A program made the position numbers and the translations under genes. This document shows positions 46,232 through 55,930 of a stretch of 64,000 nucleotides of DNA, in pieces. The notes beneath the pieces are model-generated. The model saw only the letters and a program-made list of their open reading frames with translations. It searched no databases and was not told the DNA's origin. Source of the DNA: Spirochaetia bacterium (GTDB taxonomy: Bacteria > Spirochaetota > Spirochaetia > SZUA-6 > Bin103); contig OZ241863.1 in assembly GCA_965203055.1 (NCBI GenBank), forward strand, positions 1,664,001-1,728,000, given 5' to 3'. Every line of letters starts with the position of its first letter. The stretch's first letter is position 1.

Positions 46232-47139
46232 CGGTATAGCTCCTGTAATTGCGCGTGGCCATAGGTCATCATTTCGATGGCGAATCTCCTCTCGGAACAG
46301 GACATCCACTCGCCGGGTACGCGATCTACTGCTTCACGCACCGCAAACCGATCCAGATTCTCGATCTTCCGCAATGCCGGGAGGAACGACTCGCGGTAAG
46401 AGCTGAAGCCGAACCTTACCAGTTGTAGCGGGCTCGGCCCATGGTGATCTTCCGCCGACCGGAAGATCGCCCCTCGTCCCCGCTCAACGTACTCGCCGAT
46501 CCTGGATCCTTCCAGTAGCAGTTCACGTCGCTCGGGCCGAAGCTCCCGGCCTAACGAAGACGCATGATCGAACGAGGGCGCTACGGTATCGCGCCACTGC
46601 TTGCCGTACCGCTCCCGGAGTATGCCCCAGTTCTCATGATGACGATCAGTGTTGCCGATCAAGGCATCGAGGACCAGATATTCCGAGACGCGGATCTTCG
46701 CCTGCCGTGCATTCTCTGTATTCGCAAAGACGTAGTCCATTACTGCCCAAATATTCTCGATCGTGTGACTCGACTGATGAAACCTCATTCTATAATCGTA
46801 ATTGAAAACAACCTCTTGCAGGAGCTCATTGCCATGATTCAGGACCTGTTCTTTGCAAACGAATGACTCGCATGTCGATCCTCGTTGTCCGTCACAGGTC
46901 GCCAACTCGACCTTTGCATGCGGAATGTCGAGCAAGCGGGCGATCTCGGCGGCTATCTTCTCGGCCCAGTGCTCACCGGTATTCGGTCGCGGGAATTTGA
47001 AGAGCCACTTCGTCGTATCCTGTGACGATGGATCTTGATACCAGAACTTGCGCTTGGTCCCCATCGCCTCCGTACCAAGACGCCATCCGTACTCAACGTT
47101 GAGAACAGGATATGACGCAGGCTTGCGAGTGGCCGTCAT
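46228..47139 (-). CDS. HipA-like Ser/Thr kinase
   Basis: [37 protein letters not shown] and [11 protein letters not shown] motifs. Confidence 0.88.
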   Translation of the reverse strand: MTATRKPASYPVLNVEYGWRLGTEAMGTKRKFWYQDPSSQDTTKWLFKFPRPNTGEHWAEKIAAEIARLLDIPHAKVELATCDGQRGSTCESFVCKEQVLNHGNELLQEVVFNYDYRMRFHQSSHTIENIWAVMDYVFANTENARQAKIRVSEYLVLDALIGNTDRHHENWGILRERYGKQWRDTVAPSFDHASSLGRELRPERRELLLEGSRIGEYVERGRGAIFRSAEDHHGPSPLQLVRFGFSSYRESFLPALRKIENLDRFAVREAVDRVPGEWMSCSERRFAIEMMTYGHAQLQELYR

Positions 47140-49760
47140 GCGGCGTCGGTCCGGTAGTAGGGAGACGGCACGGTGGGATAGACGCGGAACACGTGCCGGA
47201 ACACGGCTTCGGAGCGGGCGTCGACTTCCGGGTCGGTGTAGTCGTCCGGGAGTCCGGTCCGGTCGCTCCACAGGAAGTCTTTGATGGTGACGCGCACCGC
47301 AGCGCGGGTGGCCTCCTTCTCCTGCCACCGGTCGACGCGGAGCTTTTCCGCCTTCAACGTCCGCAGCAAGCCGACGGCAACGTCCTTTATTCGCTTGATG
47401 TCACGTGCCTTCAGATCCGGCTTCTTCAACAGGTCGAAGACCGCCAACGATTCTTCGTCGAGCCCCTCGCGCACGGCGCGGCGCTCTTCTTCATCCAGTT
47501 CCTGCTCCAGCTTGAGCAAAGTCTCGAAGGTCCGCTCGATGGTCAGGCGGTCCTTTTCGCGGTTGTAGGCGGCAACGACGCCCTCATAGTGTTCCTGGAA
47601 GTCGGTACGGAGCGGGTTGCGCTCCAGCAGACGGCGCAGCCGGGTCTCCACCAGGTGCTTGAGTTCCTGAATCGCCGTGCGCTTGCCGCGGCCCCGGCGA
47701 AACTCCCGCCGCAGCAGGTCGAAGTCGATCCGGCTGACGTCGAACGGCTCGGGTGCCTCCGCGACGCGGTCGGAGCGCACCTCGATGGCGTCGTCCACCA
47801 CTTCGTGCAGCGAACGCATGATGCCGCTGACGTCGGCGCGTTCCCGATCCTGCTGCAGGCTGCGGTAGATGATGTCGATGGCGTCGCGGTCCGCGCGGCG
47901 GGCGGCGAGGCCCGGTACGGTGATGCACGCCCTGAACTTCTTGAACACTTCGCGGCACATCACCTCGAAGCGCTTGCGGGTCTCGTCACTCTCGTTCGCC
48001 GCTTCCTTGCAGGCGACGATGGCGGCATTGCGGGCGAAGCCTTCCGCGCGCAGCACGGCGTCGAGCGGCGCCCCGCCGCCGCGCAGGAAGCCGCGCACCA
48101 GCGCGATCGCCTCGTCCAGGTCGTCGAGCAGTTCCGCTTCGGGTCGAGCGGGGTCGAGGCGGCCGCCGCCGGCGCCAGCGCCGGGCAGCGTGCCGGCGAA
48201 GGTGGCCAGCGCGCTTCGCAAGTGCTTGAGGATGCCGCAGTAATCGACGATCAGGCCGTTGTTCTTGCCGTCGTTGACGCGGTTGGCGCGCGCGATCGCC
48301 TGCATCAGGGTGTGCGCCTTGAGCGGTTTGTCGAGATAGAGCGTGGCGAGGCTCGGCACGTCAAACCCGGTCAGCCACATGGCGCAGACGATGGCGACGC
48401 GGAACGGGTGCGTGGCGCCGTCCTCCACGGCGCGCTGAAAGTCGTAGGTGGATACGTAGTCGCCGAATACGCGCCGGGTAAGCTGGTCGTCGGTAAACAG
48501 CGGCGTACCGGTAAAGCCGAGGTAGCTCGCGTTGGGCAAGGCGCGGCGCAGGTTGAGCGCAAGGTTGCCGTACTGGGTGCGGTGCGCCTCGTCGGTGATG
48601 ACGATGAGATCGTCGCGCCGGGTGTAGCCGGCGCCCGGCGCGGCGTCCTGGTTGAACTTCTGGATGAGCGAGAAGACGTGCGACGTGCGCTCGGCCAGCA
48701 GCCGGCTCAGGTGCGCGCCGCTCGCCGCGCGGCAGGGTTCGCGGTCGTGGTCCACCACCCCGCAGCCGGCAAAGGTACGGTAGATCTGGCGGTCCAGATC
48801 GTCGCGGTCGGTGAGCACCAGGAAGGTGAAGTTGCCGCCCAGCTTGCGGCGCACCTTGCGGGTGAACATCACCATGGAGTAGCTCTTGCCGGCGCCCTGC
48901 GTGTGCCAGAACACCCCGAGGCGCCCCTGCCGCGACCGGCGCTCGCGCACCGCCTGCACGGCGCGGTTCACGCCCAGGAACTGGTGGTTGCGGGCGACGA
49001 TCTTGCGCAGCGCGCCGGACGAGTCATCGAACAGGATGAAGTTTTCCACCAGGTCGATGAAGTTGCGCCGGTCGCAGACGCCCTTCAGCAGCGTCTCCAT
49101 GGCGACCGCGCCCGGCTCCTCCTCGGCCAGCCGCTTCCACTCGTGGAAGTGTTCCCAGCGGCTGGTGATCGAACAGATCATCGCCTGCTCGCCGTTGGCG
49201 AACATCACCACCGCGTTGTGGTGAAACAGGTGGGGAACGGTGTCGCGGTAGTCCGAGTAGTTCGCCTCGAAGGCGGCCTTGAGGTCGCGGTGCATGTTCT
49301 TGCACTCGATGAACAGCAGCGGCAGGCCATTGACGAAGCCGATCAGGTCCGGGCGGCGCCGGTAGAGATAGTAGTAGACAAACTGCGGTTCCAGTGTCTC
49401 GGCAGGAGGTTCGATCTTCATACATCCGGTTCCACAGAGAAACCGTTCCGTATAGCCGTCGACGTATGCGCACTTGCCGATCTCGCCCCGTCTTGGGAAG
49501 ACGATCGATCCCGGCTTGAGATAGTGACGCGCCAGCTCGGTCGCTTTGTGCTCCGACACCCTCGCAACCGTGCTTTCGTCGATTCGTCCCGCCCGTATGT
49601 CCTTGGGCATGACAACCGGGACACCGTGCTCGGTGTAGTCGCGCTGATGAAGCTGCGAACCGAAGGGGCCGGTTTGTATCAGTCCGCCGTACTCATCGAT
49701 CAGATCGCCGAGAGCAACCATCTTGACGGCAGCCTCGGCCCTGAAATCATCGAGGTTCAT
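47136..49760 (-). pseudogene. hsdR: In-frame chimera of an HsdS N-terminal TRD fragment and an internally deleted HsdR
   Basis: [10 protein letters not shown]...GTGC (HsdS-like) joined at ~49365 to [45 protein letters not shown] abuts [17 protein letters not shown] directly. Confidence 0.8.
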
Positions 49761-49896
49761 GACCGGCGCCAGTGACATCTCCTCGAAATTCCTCTGAACG
49801 GGAGCGATACCGGAGCGGGCCGGGGACAGACTCCCGCCGTTACCGTACCGCGCAGGAGAGTTCGACCGGGGTGGCGCGGCACTTACGCGAGCGCCG

Positions 49897-51102
49897 TCAC
49901 GACCGCGCGATCGACGCTACTCGTGCCAGAAATTGGTCGCCGGCGCCGGACTGCACCAGCCAGTCGCCGACGTCGGCCAGTTGATCCGCTTCCCCGATGT
50001 CCGCCATCAGAGCCGCCGCACGCTCGGCGGTTTCCGCGCCGAACCGCAACGCTGCCATACGGCGCAACAGCGTTCGTTCGTGTTCAAGTCCCTGCTCGCG
50101 GCCCTGCTCGCGGCCCTGCTCGCGGCCCTGCTCGCGGCCCTGCTCGCGGCCCTGCTCGCGGCCTTGTTCGCGGCCCTGCTCAAGACCTTCCTCGCGGCCC
50201 TGCTCGCGGCCTTGCGCAAGTCCTTGCTCAAGACCTTCTTCGCGGCCTTGCGCAAGTCCCTGCGCAAGGCCTTGCTCGCGGCCTTCCCGCATCCACTGCG
50301 CCGGCCACTCCTTCACTCGATCTTCCAGCGTCATCCGTACCTCCTCCAGGTTCTTCATCTCCGGCAGCTTCTCCCCCTTCCGCTTGATCCGCTCCATCGA
50401 ACTCCGCAGCCAGTCCTCGAACACCCGTCGCAACTCCTCGTGCTCCGACCCCGCCAGCCACTCCGCCAGCGCGTTCGCTACCCGCAACAAGTCCTCCGGC
50501 GACCGACTCTGCTCCAGCCCCACCACCGCACGCATCAGATTCCCGCGCGGCACCGAGTCCGCCCCCACCCGCTGCTCGTCCACTACAAAATATCGCTGCG
50601 CCGGTTGGTACGCCGCCAGCCACTGCCCCACCGGCGCGATCAACTCGCCCACCTCCTGCGGCGCCCCCCACGGGTCCGTGCCGTTGTAGAGCACTACCGG
50701 CAGCACCGCCGGCAAGCGGCGCGCTTCCTGCCCTTCTCGCCCGTCCTGTCCGTCCCGCCTCCTCCGACTCTCGTTGCGCAACCACTCCTGGTACATCAGG
50801 CTGACGTAGACCAGGATGCGCAGCGCCATGTAGTAGTCATCGCGCGACTGGAACTCCAGCAGCACCAGCAGATAGGCCCACTCGTCTCCCACCCGCAGCC
50901 GCCATACCGCGTCCCCGTGGCGCTTCAGCAACTCGTCGCTGACGTACTCCGCCGACAGCTTCTGCAGCGTCGAGAAGTCAACGGTAGCGAGCTGCTCGCC
51001 GCTGAAGAAGGCGCGCACGAGGTCTTCGACCATGCGCGGGAAGGCGAACAGCATCTTGTACCGCTCATCGTACCGGGGGCGGGACTCGCGTCCGGGGCTC
51101 AT
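49897..51102 (-). CDS. Rpn family PD-(D/E)XK nuclease/putative transposase (copy 1)
   Basis: [36 protein letters not shown], then GREQ repeats. Confidence 0.9.
   Translation of the reverse strand: MSPGRESRPRYDERYKMLFAFPRMVEDLVRAFFSGEQLATVDFSTLQKLSAEYVSDELLKRHGDAVWRLRVGDEWAYLLVLLEFQSRDDYYMALRILVYVSLMYQEWLRNESRRRRDGQDGREGQEARRLPAVLPVVLYNGTDPWGAPQEVGELIAPVGQWLAAYQPAQRYFVVDEQRVGADSVPRGNLMRAVVGLEQSRSPEDLLRVANALAEWLAGSEHEELRRVFEDWLRSSMERIKRKGEKLPEMKNLEEVRMTLEDRVKEWPAQWMREGREQGLAQGLAQGREEGLEQGLAQGREQGREEGLEQGREQGREQGREQGREQGREQGREQGREQGLEHERTLLRRMAALRFGAETAERAAALMADIGEADQLADVGDWLVQSGAGDQFLARVASIARS
50090..50285. repeat. 12-bp VNTR encoding [12 protein letters not shown] (shorter arrays at ~51502-51551 and ~52760-52895)
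   Basis: (ccctgctcgcgg)n and variants. Confidence 0.9.
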
Positions 51103-51308
51103 TACCGCATCGTAGCAGTATGATCCGGCGAGCGGCAATCAAGAAGAGAAGACGCAGATGCTGGTTCTCATGACCGGCGCCAAGTGGCATCTCCTCGAAA
51201 TTCCTCTGAACGGGAGCGATACCGGAGCGGGCCGGGGACAGACTCCCGCCGTTACCGTACCGCGCAGGAGAGTTCGACCGGGGTGGCGCGGCACTTACGC
51301 GAGCGCCG

Positions 51309-52361
51309 TCACGACCGCGCGATCGACGCTACTCGTGCCAGAAATTGGTCGCCGGCGCCGGACTGCACCAGCCAGTCGCCGACGTCGGCCAGTTGATCCG
51401 CTTCCCCGATGTCCGCCATCAGAGCCGCCGCACGCTCGGCGGTTTCCGCGCCGAACCGCAACGCTGCCATACGGCGCAACAGCGTTCGTTCGTGTTCAAG
51501 TCCCTGCTCGCGGCCTTGCGCAAGTCCCTGCGCAAGGCCTTGCTCGCGGCCTTCCCGCATCCACTGCGCCGGCCACTCCTTCACTCGATCTTCCAGAGTC
51601 ATCCGTACCTCCTCCAGGTTCTTCATCTCCGGCAGCTTCTCCCCCTTCCGCTTGATCCGCTCCATCGAACTCCGCAGCCAGTCCTCGAACACCCGTCGCA
51701 ACTCCTCGTGCTCCGATCCCGCCAGCCACTCCGCCAGCGCGTTCGCTACCCGCAACAAGTCCTCCGGCGACCGACTCTGCTCCAGCCCCACCACCGCACG
51801 CATCAGATTCCCGCGCGGCACCGAGTCCGCCCCCACCCGCTGCTCGTCCACTACAAAATATCGCTGCGCCGGCTGGTACGCCGCCAGCCACTGCCCCACC
51901 GGCGCGATCAACTCGCCCACCTCCTGCGGCGCCCCCCACGGGTCCGTGCCGTTGTAGAGCACTACCGGCAGCACCGCCGGCAAGCGGCGCGCCTCCTGCC
52001 CGTCCTGTCCGTCCCGCCTCTTCCGACTCTCGTTGCGCAACCACTCCTGGTACATCAGGCTGACGTAGACCAGGATGCGCAGCGCCATGTAGTAGTCATC
52101 GCGCGACTGGAACTCCAGCAGCACCAGCAGATAGGCCCACTCGTCTCCCACCCGCAGCCGCCATACCGCGTCCCCGTGGCGCTTCAGCAACTCGTCGCTG
52201 ACGTACTCCGCCGACAGCTTCTGCAGCGTCGAGAAGTCAACGGTAGCGAGCTGCTCGCCGCTGAAGAAGGCGCGCACGAGGTCTTCGACCATGCGCGGGA
52301 AGGCGAACAGCATCTTGTACCGCTCGTCGTACCGGGGGCGGGACTCGCGTCCGGGGCTCAT
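51309..52361 (-). CDS. Rpn family nuclease (copy 2, shortest repeat tract)
   Basis: Near-identical to copy 1. Confidence 0.9.
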   Translation of the reverse strand: MSPGRESRPRYDERYKMLFAFPRMVEDLVRAFFSGEQLATVDFSTLQKLSAEYVSDELLKRHGDAVWRLRVGDEWAYLLVLLEFQSRDDYYMALRILVYVSLMYQEWLRNESRKRRDGQDGQEARRLPAVLPVVLYNGTDPWGAPQEVGELIAPVGQWLAAYQPAQRYFVVDEQRVGADSVPRGNLMRAVVGLEQSRSPEDLLRVANALAEWLAGSEHEELRRVFEDWLRSSMERIKRKGEKLPEMKNLEEVRMTLEDRVKEWPAQWMREGREQGLAQGLAQGREQGLEHERTLLRRMAALRFGAETAERAAALMADIGEADQLADVGDWLVQSGAGDQFLARVASIARS

Positions 52362-52566
52362 TACCGCATCGTAGCAGTATGATCCGGCGAGCGGCAATCA
52401 AGAAGAGAAGACGCAGATGCTGGTTCTCATGACCGGCGCCAAGTGGCATCTCCTCGAAATTCCTCTGAACGGGAGCGATACCGGAGGGGACGAGGTCAGG
52501 CTCCCGCCGTTACCGTACCGCGCAGGAGAGTTCGACCGGGGTGGCGCGGCAGGTACGCGAGCGCCG

Positions 52567-53703
52567 TCACGACCGCGCGATCGACGCTACTCGTGCCAGA
52601 AATTGGTCGCCGGCGCCGGACTGCACCAGCCAGTCGCCGATGTCGGCCAGTTGATCCGCTTCCCCGATGTCCGCCATCAGAGCCGCCGCACGCTCGCCGG
52701 TTTCCGCGCCGAACCGCAGCGCTGCCATACGGCGCAACAGCGTTCGCTCGTGTTCAAGTCCCTGCTCGCGGCCTTGCTCGCGGCCTTGTTCGCGGCCCTG
52801 CTCAAGACCTTGCTCGCGGCCTTGCGCAAGTCCTTGCTCAAGACCTTCTTCGCGGCCCTGCGCAAGTCCCTGCGCAAGGCCTTGCTCGCGGCCTTCCCGC
52901 ATCCACTGCGCCGGCCACTCCTTCACTCGATCTTCCAGCGTCATCCGTACCTCCTCCAGGTTCTTCATCTCCGGCAGCTTCTCCCCCTTCCGCTTGATCC
53001 GCTCCATCGAACTCCGCAGCCAGTCCTCGAACACCCGTCGCAACTCCTCGTGCTCCGACCCCGCCAGCCACTCCGCCAGCGCGTTCGCTACCCGCAACAA
53101 GTCCTCCGGCGACTGACTCTGCTCCAGCCCCACCACCGCCCGCATCAGATTCCCGCGCGGCACCGAGTCCGCCCCCACCCGCTGCTCGTCCACTACGAAG
53201 TAGCGCTGCGCCGGCTGGTAGGCCGCCAACCACTGCCCCACCGGCGCGATCAACTCGCCCACCTCCTGCGGCGCGCCCCACGGGTCCGTGCCGTTGTAGA
53301 GCACTACGGGCAGCACCGCCGGCAAGCGGCGCGCCTCCTGCCCTTCCTGTCCGTCCCGCCTCTTCCGACTCTCGTTGCGCAACCACTCCTGGTACATCAG
53401 GCTGACGTAGACCAGGATGCGCAGCGCCATGTAGTAGTCATCGCGCGACTGGAACTCCAGCAGCACCAGCAGATAGGCCCACTCGTCTCCCACCCGCAGC
53501 CGCCATACGGCGTCCCCGTGGCGCTTCAGCAACTCGTCGCTGACGTACTCTGCCGACAGCTTCTGCAGCGTCGAGAAGTCAACGGTAGCGAGCTGCTCGC
53601 CGCCGAAGAAGGCGCGCACGAGGTCTTCGACCATGCGCGGGAAGGCGAACAGCATCTTGTACCGCTCGTCGTAGCGGGGGCGGGACTCGCGTCCGGGGCT
53701 CAT
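52567..53703 (-). CDS. Rpn family nuclease (copy 3)
   Basis: Near-identical to copy 1, with several substitutions (FFGGE, QSQSP, TGER, DIGD). Confidence 0.9.
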   Translation of the reverse strand: MSPGRESRPRYDERYKMLFAFPRMVEDLVRAFFGGEQLATVDFSTLQKLSAEYVSDELLKRHGDAVWRLRVGDEWAYLLVLLEFQSRDDYYMALRILVYVSLMYQEWLRNESRKRRDGQEGQEARRLPAVLPVVLYNGTDPWGAPQEVGELIAPVGQWLAAYQPAQRYFVVDEQRVGADSVPRGNLMRAVVGLEQSQSPEDLLRVANALAEWLAGSEHEELRRVFEDWLRSSMERIKRKGEKLPEMKNLEEVRMTLEDRVKEWPAQWMREGREQGLAQGLAQGREEGLEQGLAQGREQGLEQGREQGREQGREQGLEHERTLLRRMAALRFGAETGERAAALMADIGEADQLADIGDWLVQSGAGDQFLARVASIARS

Positions 53704-53739
53704 TACCGCATCGTAGCAGTATGATCCGACGAGCGGCAA

Positions 53740-55827
53740 TCAAGAGAAGACGCGCAACGCTTTGAAGTTCCGGCGAATCTTGGCCGCCAGCGTCACCGAT
53801 TCGGCGTCGAGGTCGTCGAGCTCCGCGTGGATGTTCCGCAGCGTCTGCGCGAAGTCGAAGTCCTCTTCCTCGTCGTCGGGCGCGATGCCGACGTAGCGGC
53901 CGGGGGTGAGGCTCCAGTCGTTGGCCGCGATCTCGGCGCGGTCCACCAGCTTGACCAGCCCCGCCACGTCGCGCAGCTCGGCGTCGGGGAAGCGCTCGGC
54001 GAGCCACTGCGCTTGCCGCCACAGGTAGCGCACGCGCTCCAGCCGCGCCACTGCGTTCCGGCGCGCCTCGTCCGCTGCTCTGCGGGCGCGGGTCACGGCG
54101 CGGTTGTTCCAGGCGGCGCTCGATCCGGCGTCGCGCCGCTGCTCGCAGGTCTCGATCAGCCGGGTGGCGAGGGAATGGAGGCGGTCCGCCTGCCGCGCCA
54201 AGCCGCCGGCCGCGGCGGCCAACGGGGCAAGGCGGTCGACCGGCTGCCGGACCGCCGCTTGGGCCGGCGGCTCGCAGTTTCGCATCCGGTCTGCTGCGGC
54301 CGCCGCGGTCCCGAAAGCGTCCACCTCGCGCTCGAAGGCGGCGCGCGCCGCGTCCAGTTCGCCAAGCGGACCGGTTGGGCTGCGGTCCGCGCCAAGGGTC
54401 CGCAGAACGGGCGCCAGCGCGGCCTGCAGCTCCTCCAGCGCGCCGAGGAAGTCGGCGGCCGCGCCCCGGCAGGCGGCCCCTGCGCGCACCGCGCGGCGGC
54501 AATAATCGGCGACCAGGTCCCGGAACCGATCGGTCTGCTCCCGGTAGAGATGGACGATGGCGAGCAGGTTCCGCATCTGCTCCGGGCTGAAGTCGTAGAT
54601 CTTGCGGGTCACCTTGCGGAAGATGGCGCGCGCGTCGATCATCAGCACCTTGCCGCGGCGGCGCTCCGGCTTGGCGCGGTTCAGGAACCACAGCTCGCAC
54701 GGCACGGTCCGGGTGTAGAAGAAGTTGGAGCGGATGGCGATCATGACCTCCACGTCGCCGGTCTCCACCAGCTTGCGGCGCACCGCGGCTTCGGCGCCGC
54801 CGGCGCTCGATGCCTGCGACGACATCACGAAGCCGGCCCTGCCGTTCCGGTTCAGGTAGCTGTGGAAGTAGCTGATCCAGACGTAGTTGCCGTTGCTGAC
54901 GCGCGCCCGCCGGTTGACGCCGGGCAGGCCGAACGGCAGGCGCGGATCGGCCTTGACCTTCTCGGCGTCGATTTCGTCCACGTTGAACGGCGGATTGGCC
55001 ATCACGTAGTCGGCCTTGCCCACCAGCTCGTGCGGGTCCTCGTAATAGGTGATCGCCTGCCGTATGTCCCCCTCCAGGCCGTGGACCGCGAGGTTCATCC
55101 GCGCCAGGCGGATGGTGGCGGCGTTCTTCTCCAGCCCGCGGAAGGTGAGCCGCTCGGTCGGGCTGCGGCCCTGTTCCCGCACCGTGCGCGCGCTCTGGAC
55201 GAACATGCCGCCGGAGCCGCAGGCGGGATCGAGGACGGCGCCGCGCTCGGGATCGAGCACGTGGGCGATCAGCGAGACCAGTGAGGAGGGCGTGAAGAAC
55301 TCGCCGCCGTCATGCGCCTTCTGATCGGCGAACTGGGTGAGGAAGTACTCGTAGATGCGCCCGAAGACATCGCCCGATACCCGCTTCAGCTCGTCGGGGT
55401 CGAGGGTGCGCAGGAGCTGGCCGAGGACCTCGTTATCCAGCTCGTGATACTCGCTCTTCGGCAACATGCCGCGCAGGCTCTCGTAGTCGGCTTCGATCGA
55501 CTCCATGGCGGCGATGATCGCCGCGGCGCGGTCGAGGCCGTCGGGCAGCGCGACCAGGTGGTCGAACCGCGCCTGTGGGCGCAGGAAGATGGCGTCCCGC
55601 TGCGAGAAGTCCTGCTTGGCAAGCGGCCGCGCCCGGCCGCCGCGGGTGGGCCGGCCGGCGGCGGCTTCCTCCGCCACCGCCAGGTAGCGGCGGTAGGCGT
55701 GGCGCAGGAAGACCAAGCCCATCACCGGCAGGAAGTATTCGTTGCTGGCGTAGTTGGAGTTGGCGCGCAGCGTGTCGGCCGCGCTCCAGAGGCGCCGCTC
55801 GATGGCGTCGACGTATTCGAGCTGCAT
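53740..55827 (-). CDS. hsdM: Type I R-M methyltransferase subunit
   Basis: LWSAADTLR, GEFFTP, DPACGSGGM, ANPPFN and WSLTPGRYVG motifs. Confidence 0.95.
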   Translation of the reverse strand: MQLEYVDAIERRLWSAADTLRANSNYASNEYFLPVMGLVFLRHAYRRYLAVAEEAAAGRPTRGGRARPLAKQDFSQRDAIFLRPQARFDHLVALPDGLDRAAAIIAAMESIEADYESLRGMLPKSEYHELDNEVLGQLLRTLDPDELKRVSGDVFGRIYEYFLTQFADQKAHDGGEFFTPSSLVSLIAHVLDPERGAVLDPACGSGGMFVQSARTVREQGRSPTERLTFRGLEKNAATIRLARMNLAVHGLEGDIRQAITYYEDPHELVGKADYVMANPPFNVDEIDAEKVKADPRLPFGLPGVNRRARVSNGNYVWISYFHSYLNRNGRAGFVMSSQASSAGGAEAAVRRKLVETGDVEVMIAIRSNFFYTRTVPCELWFLNRAKPERRRGKVLMIDARAIFRKVTRKIYDFSPEQMRNLLAIVHLYREQTDRFRDLVADYCRRAVRAGAACRGAAADFLGALEELQAALAPVLRTLGADRSPTGPLGELDAARAAFEREVDAFGTAAAAADRMRNCEPPAQAAVRQPVDRLAPLAAAAGGLARQADRLHSLATRLIETCEQRRDAGSSAAWNNRAVTRARRAADEARRNAVARLERVRYLWRQAQWLAERFPDAELRDVAGLVKLVDRAEIAANDWSLTPGRYVGIAPDDEEEDFDFAQTLRNIHAELDDLDAESVTLAAKIRRNFKALRVFS

Positions 55828-55930
55828 GTCGTGCGCAACGACCGCTGCGGTCCGGGCGCGATGCGGGCGCCGGCCCCCGCGCCGGCGCCCGGCCCTTCGA
55901 CCCGGATCTACCGGAGGTCGATTCCGCGGC

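Larger units (their letters stand above)
49757..53752. repeat. Three tandem near-identical rpn cassettes (units start 49757, 51168, 52427)
   Basis: tcatgaccggcgcca...ctcctcgaaattcctctgaacgggagcgatacc recurs at each start; unit spacings 1411 and 1259 bp. Confidence 0.92.

Noticed and set aside
47112..49775. Long antisense or alternative-frame ORFs (e.g. 887 aa here; 27804-30209; 49933-51123; 53827-55284)
   Set aside because: Stop-poor shadow frames typical of high-GC genes; no recognisable motifs, and they overlap well-supported CDSs
49757..53752. Classical IS elements for the rpn cassettes
   Set aside because: No terminal inverted repeats or target-site duplication recognised, and Rpn proteins are not DDE transposases
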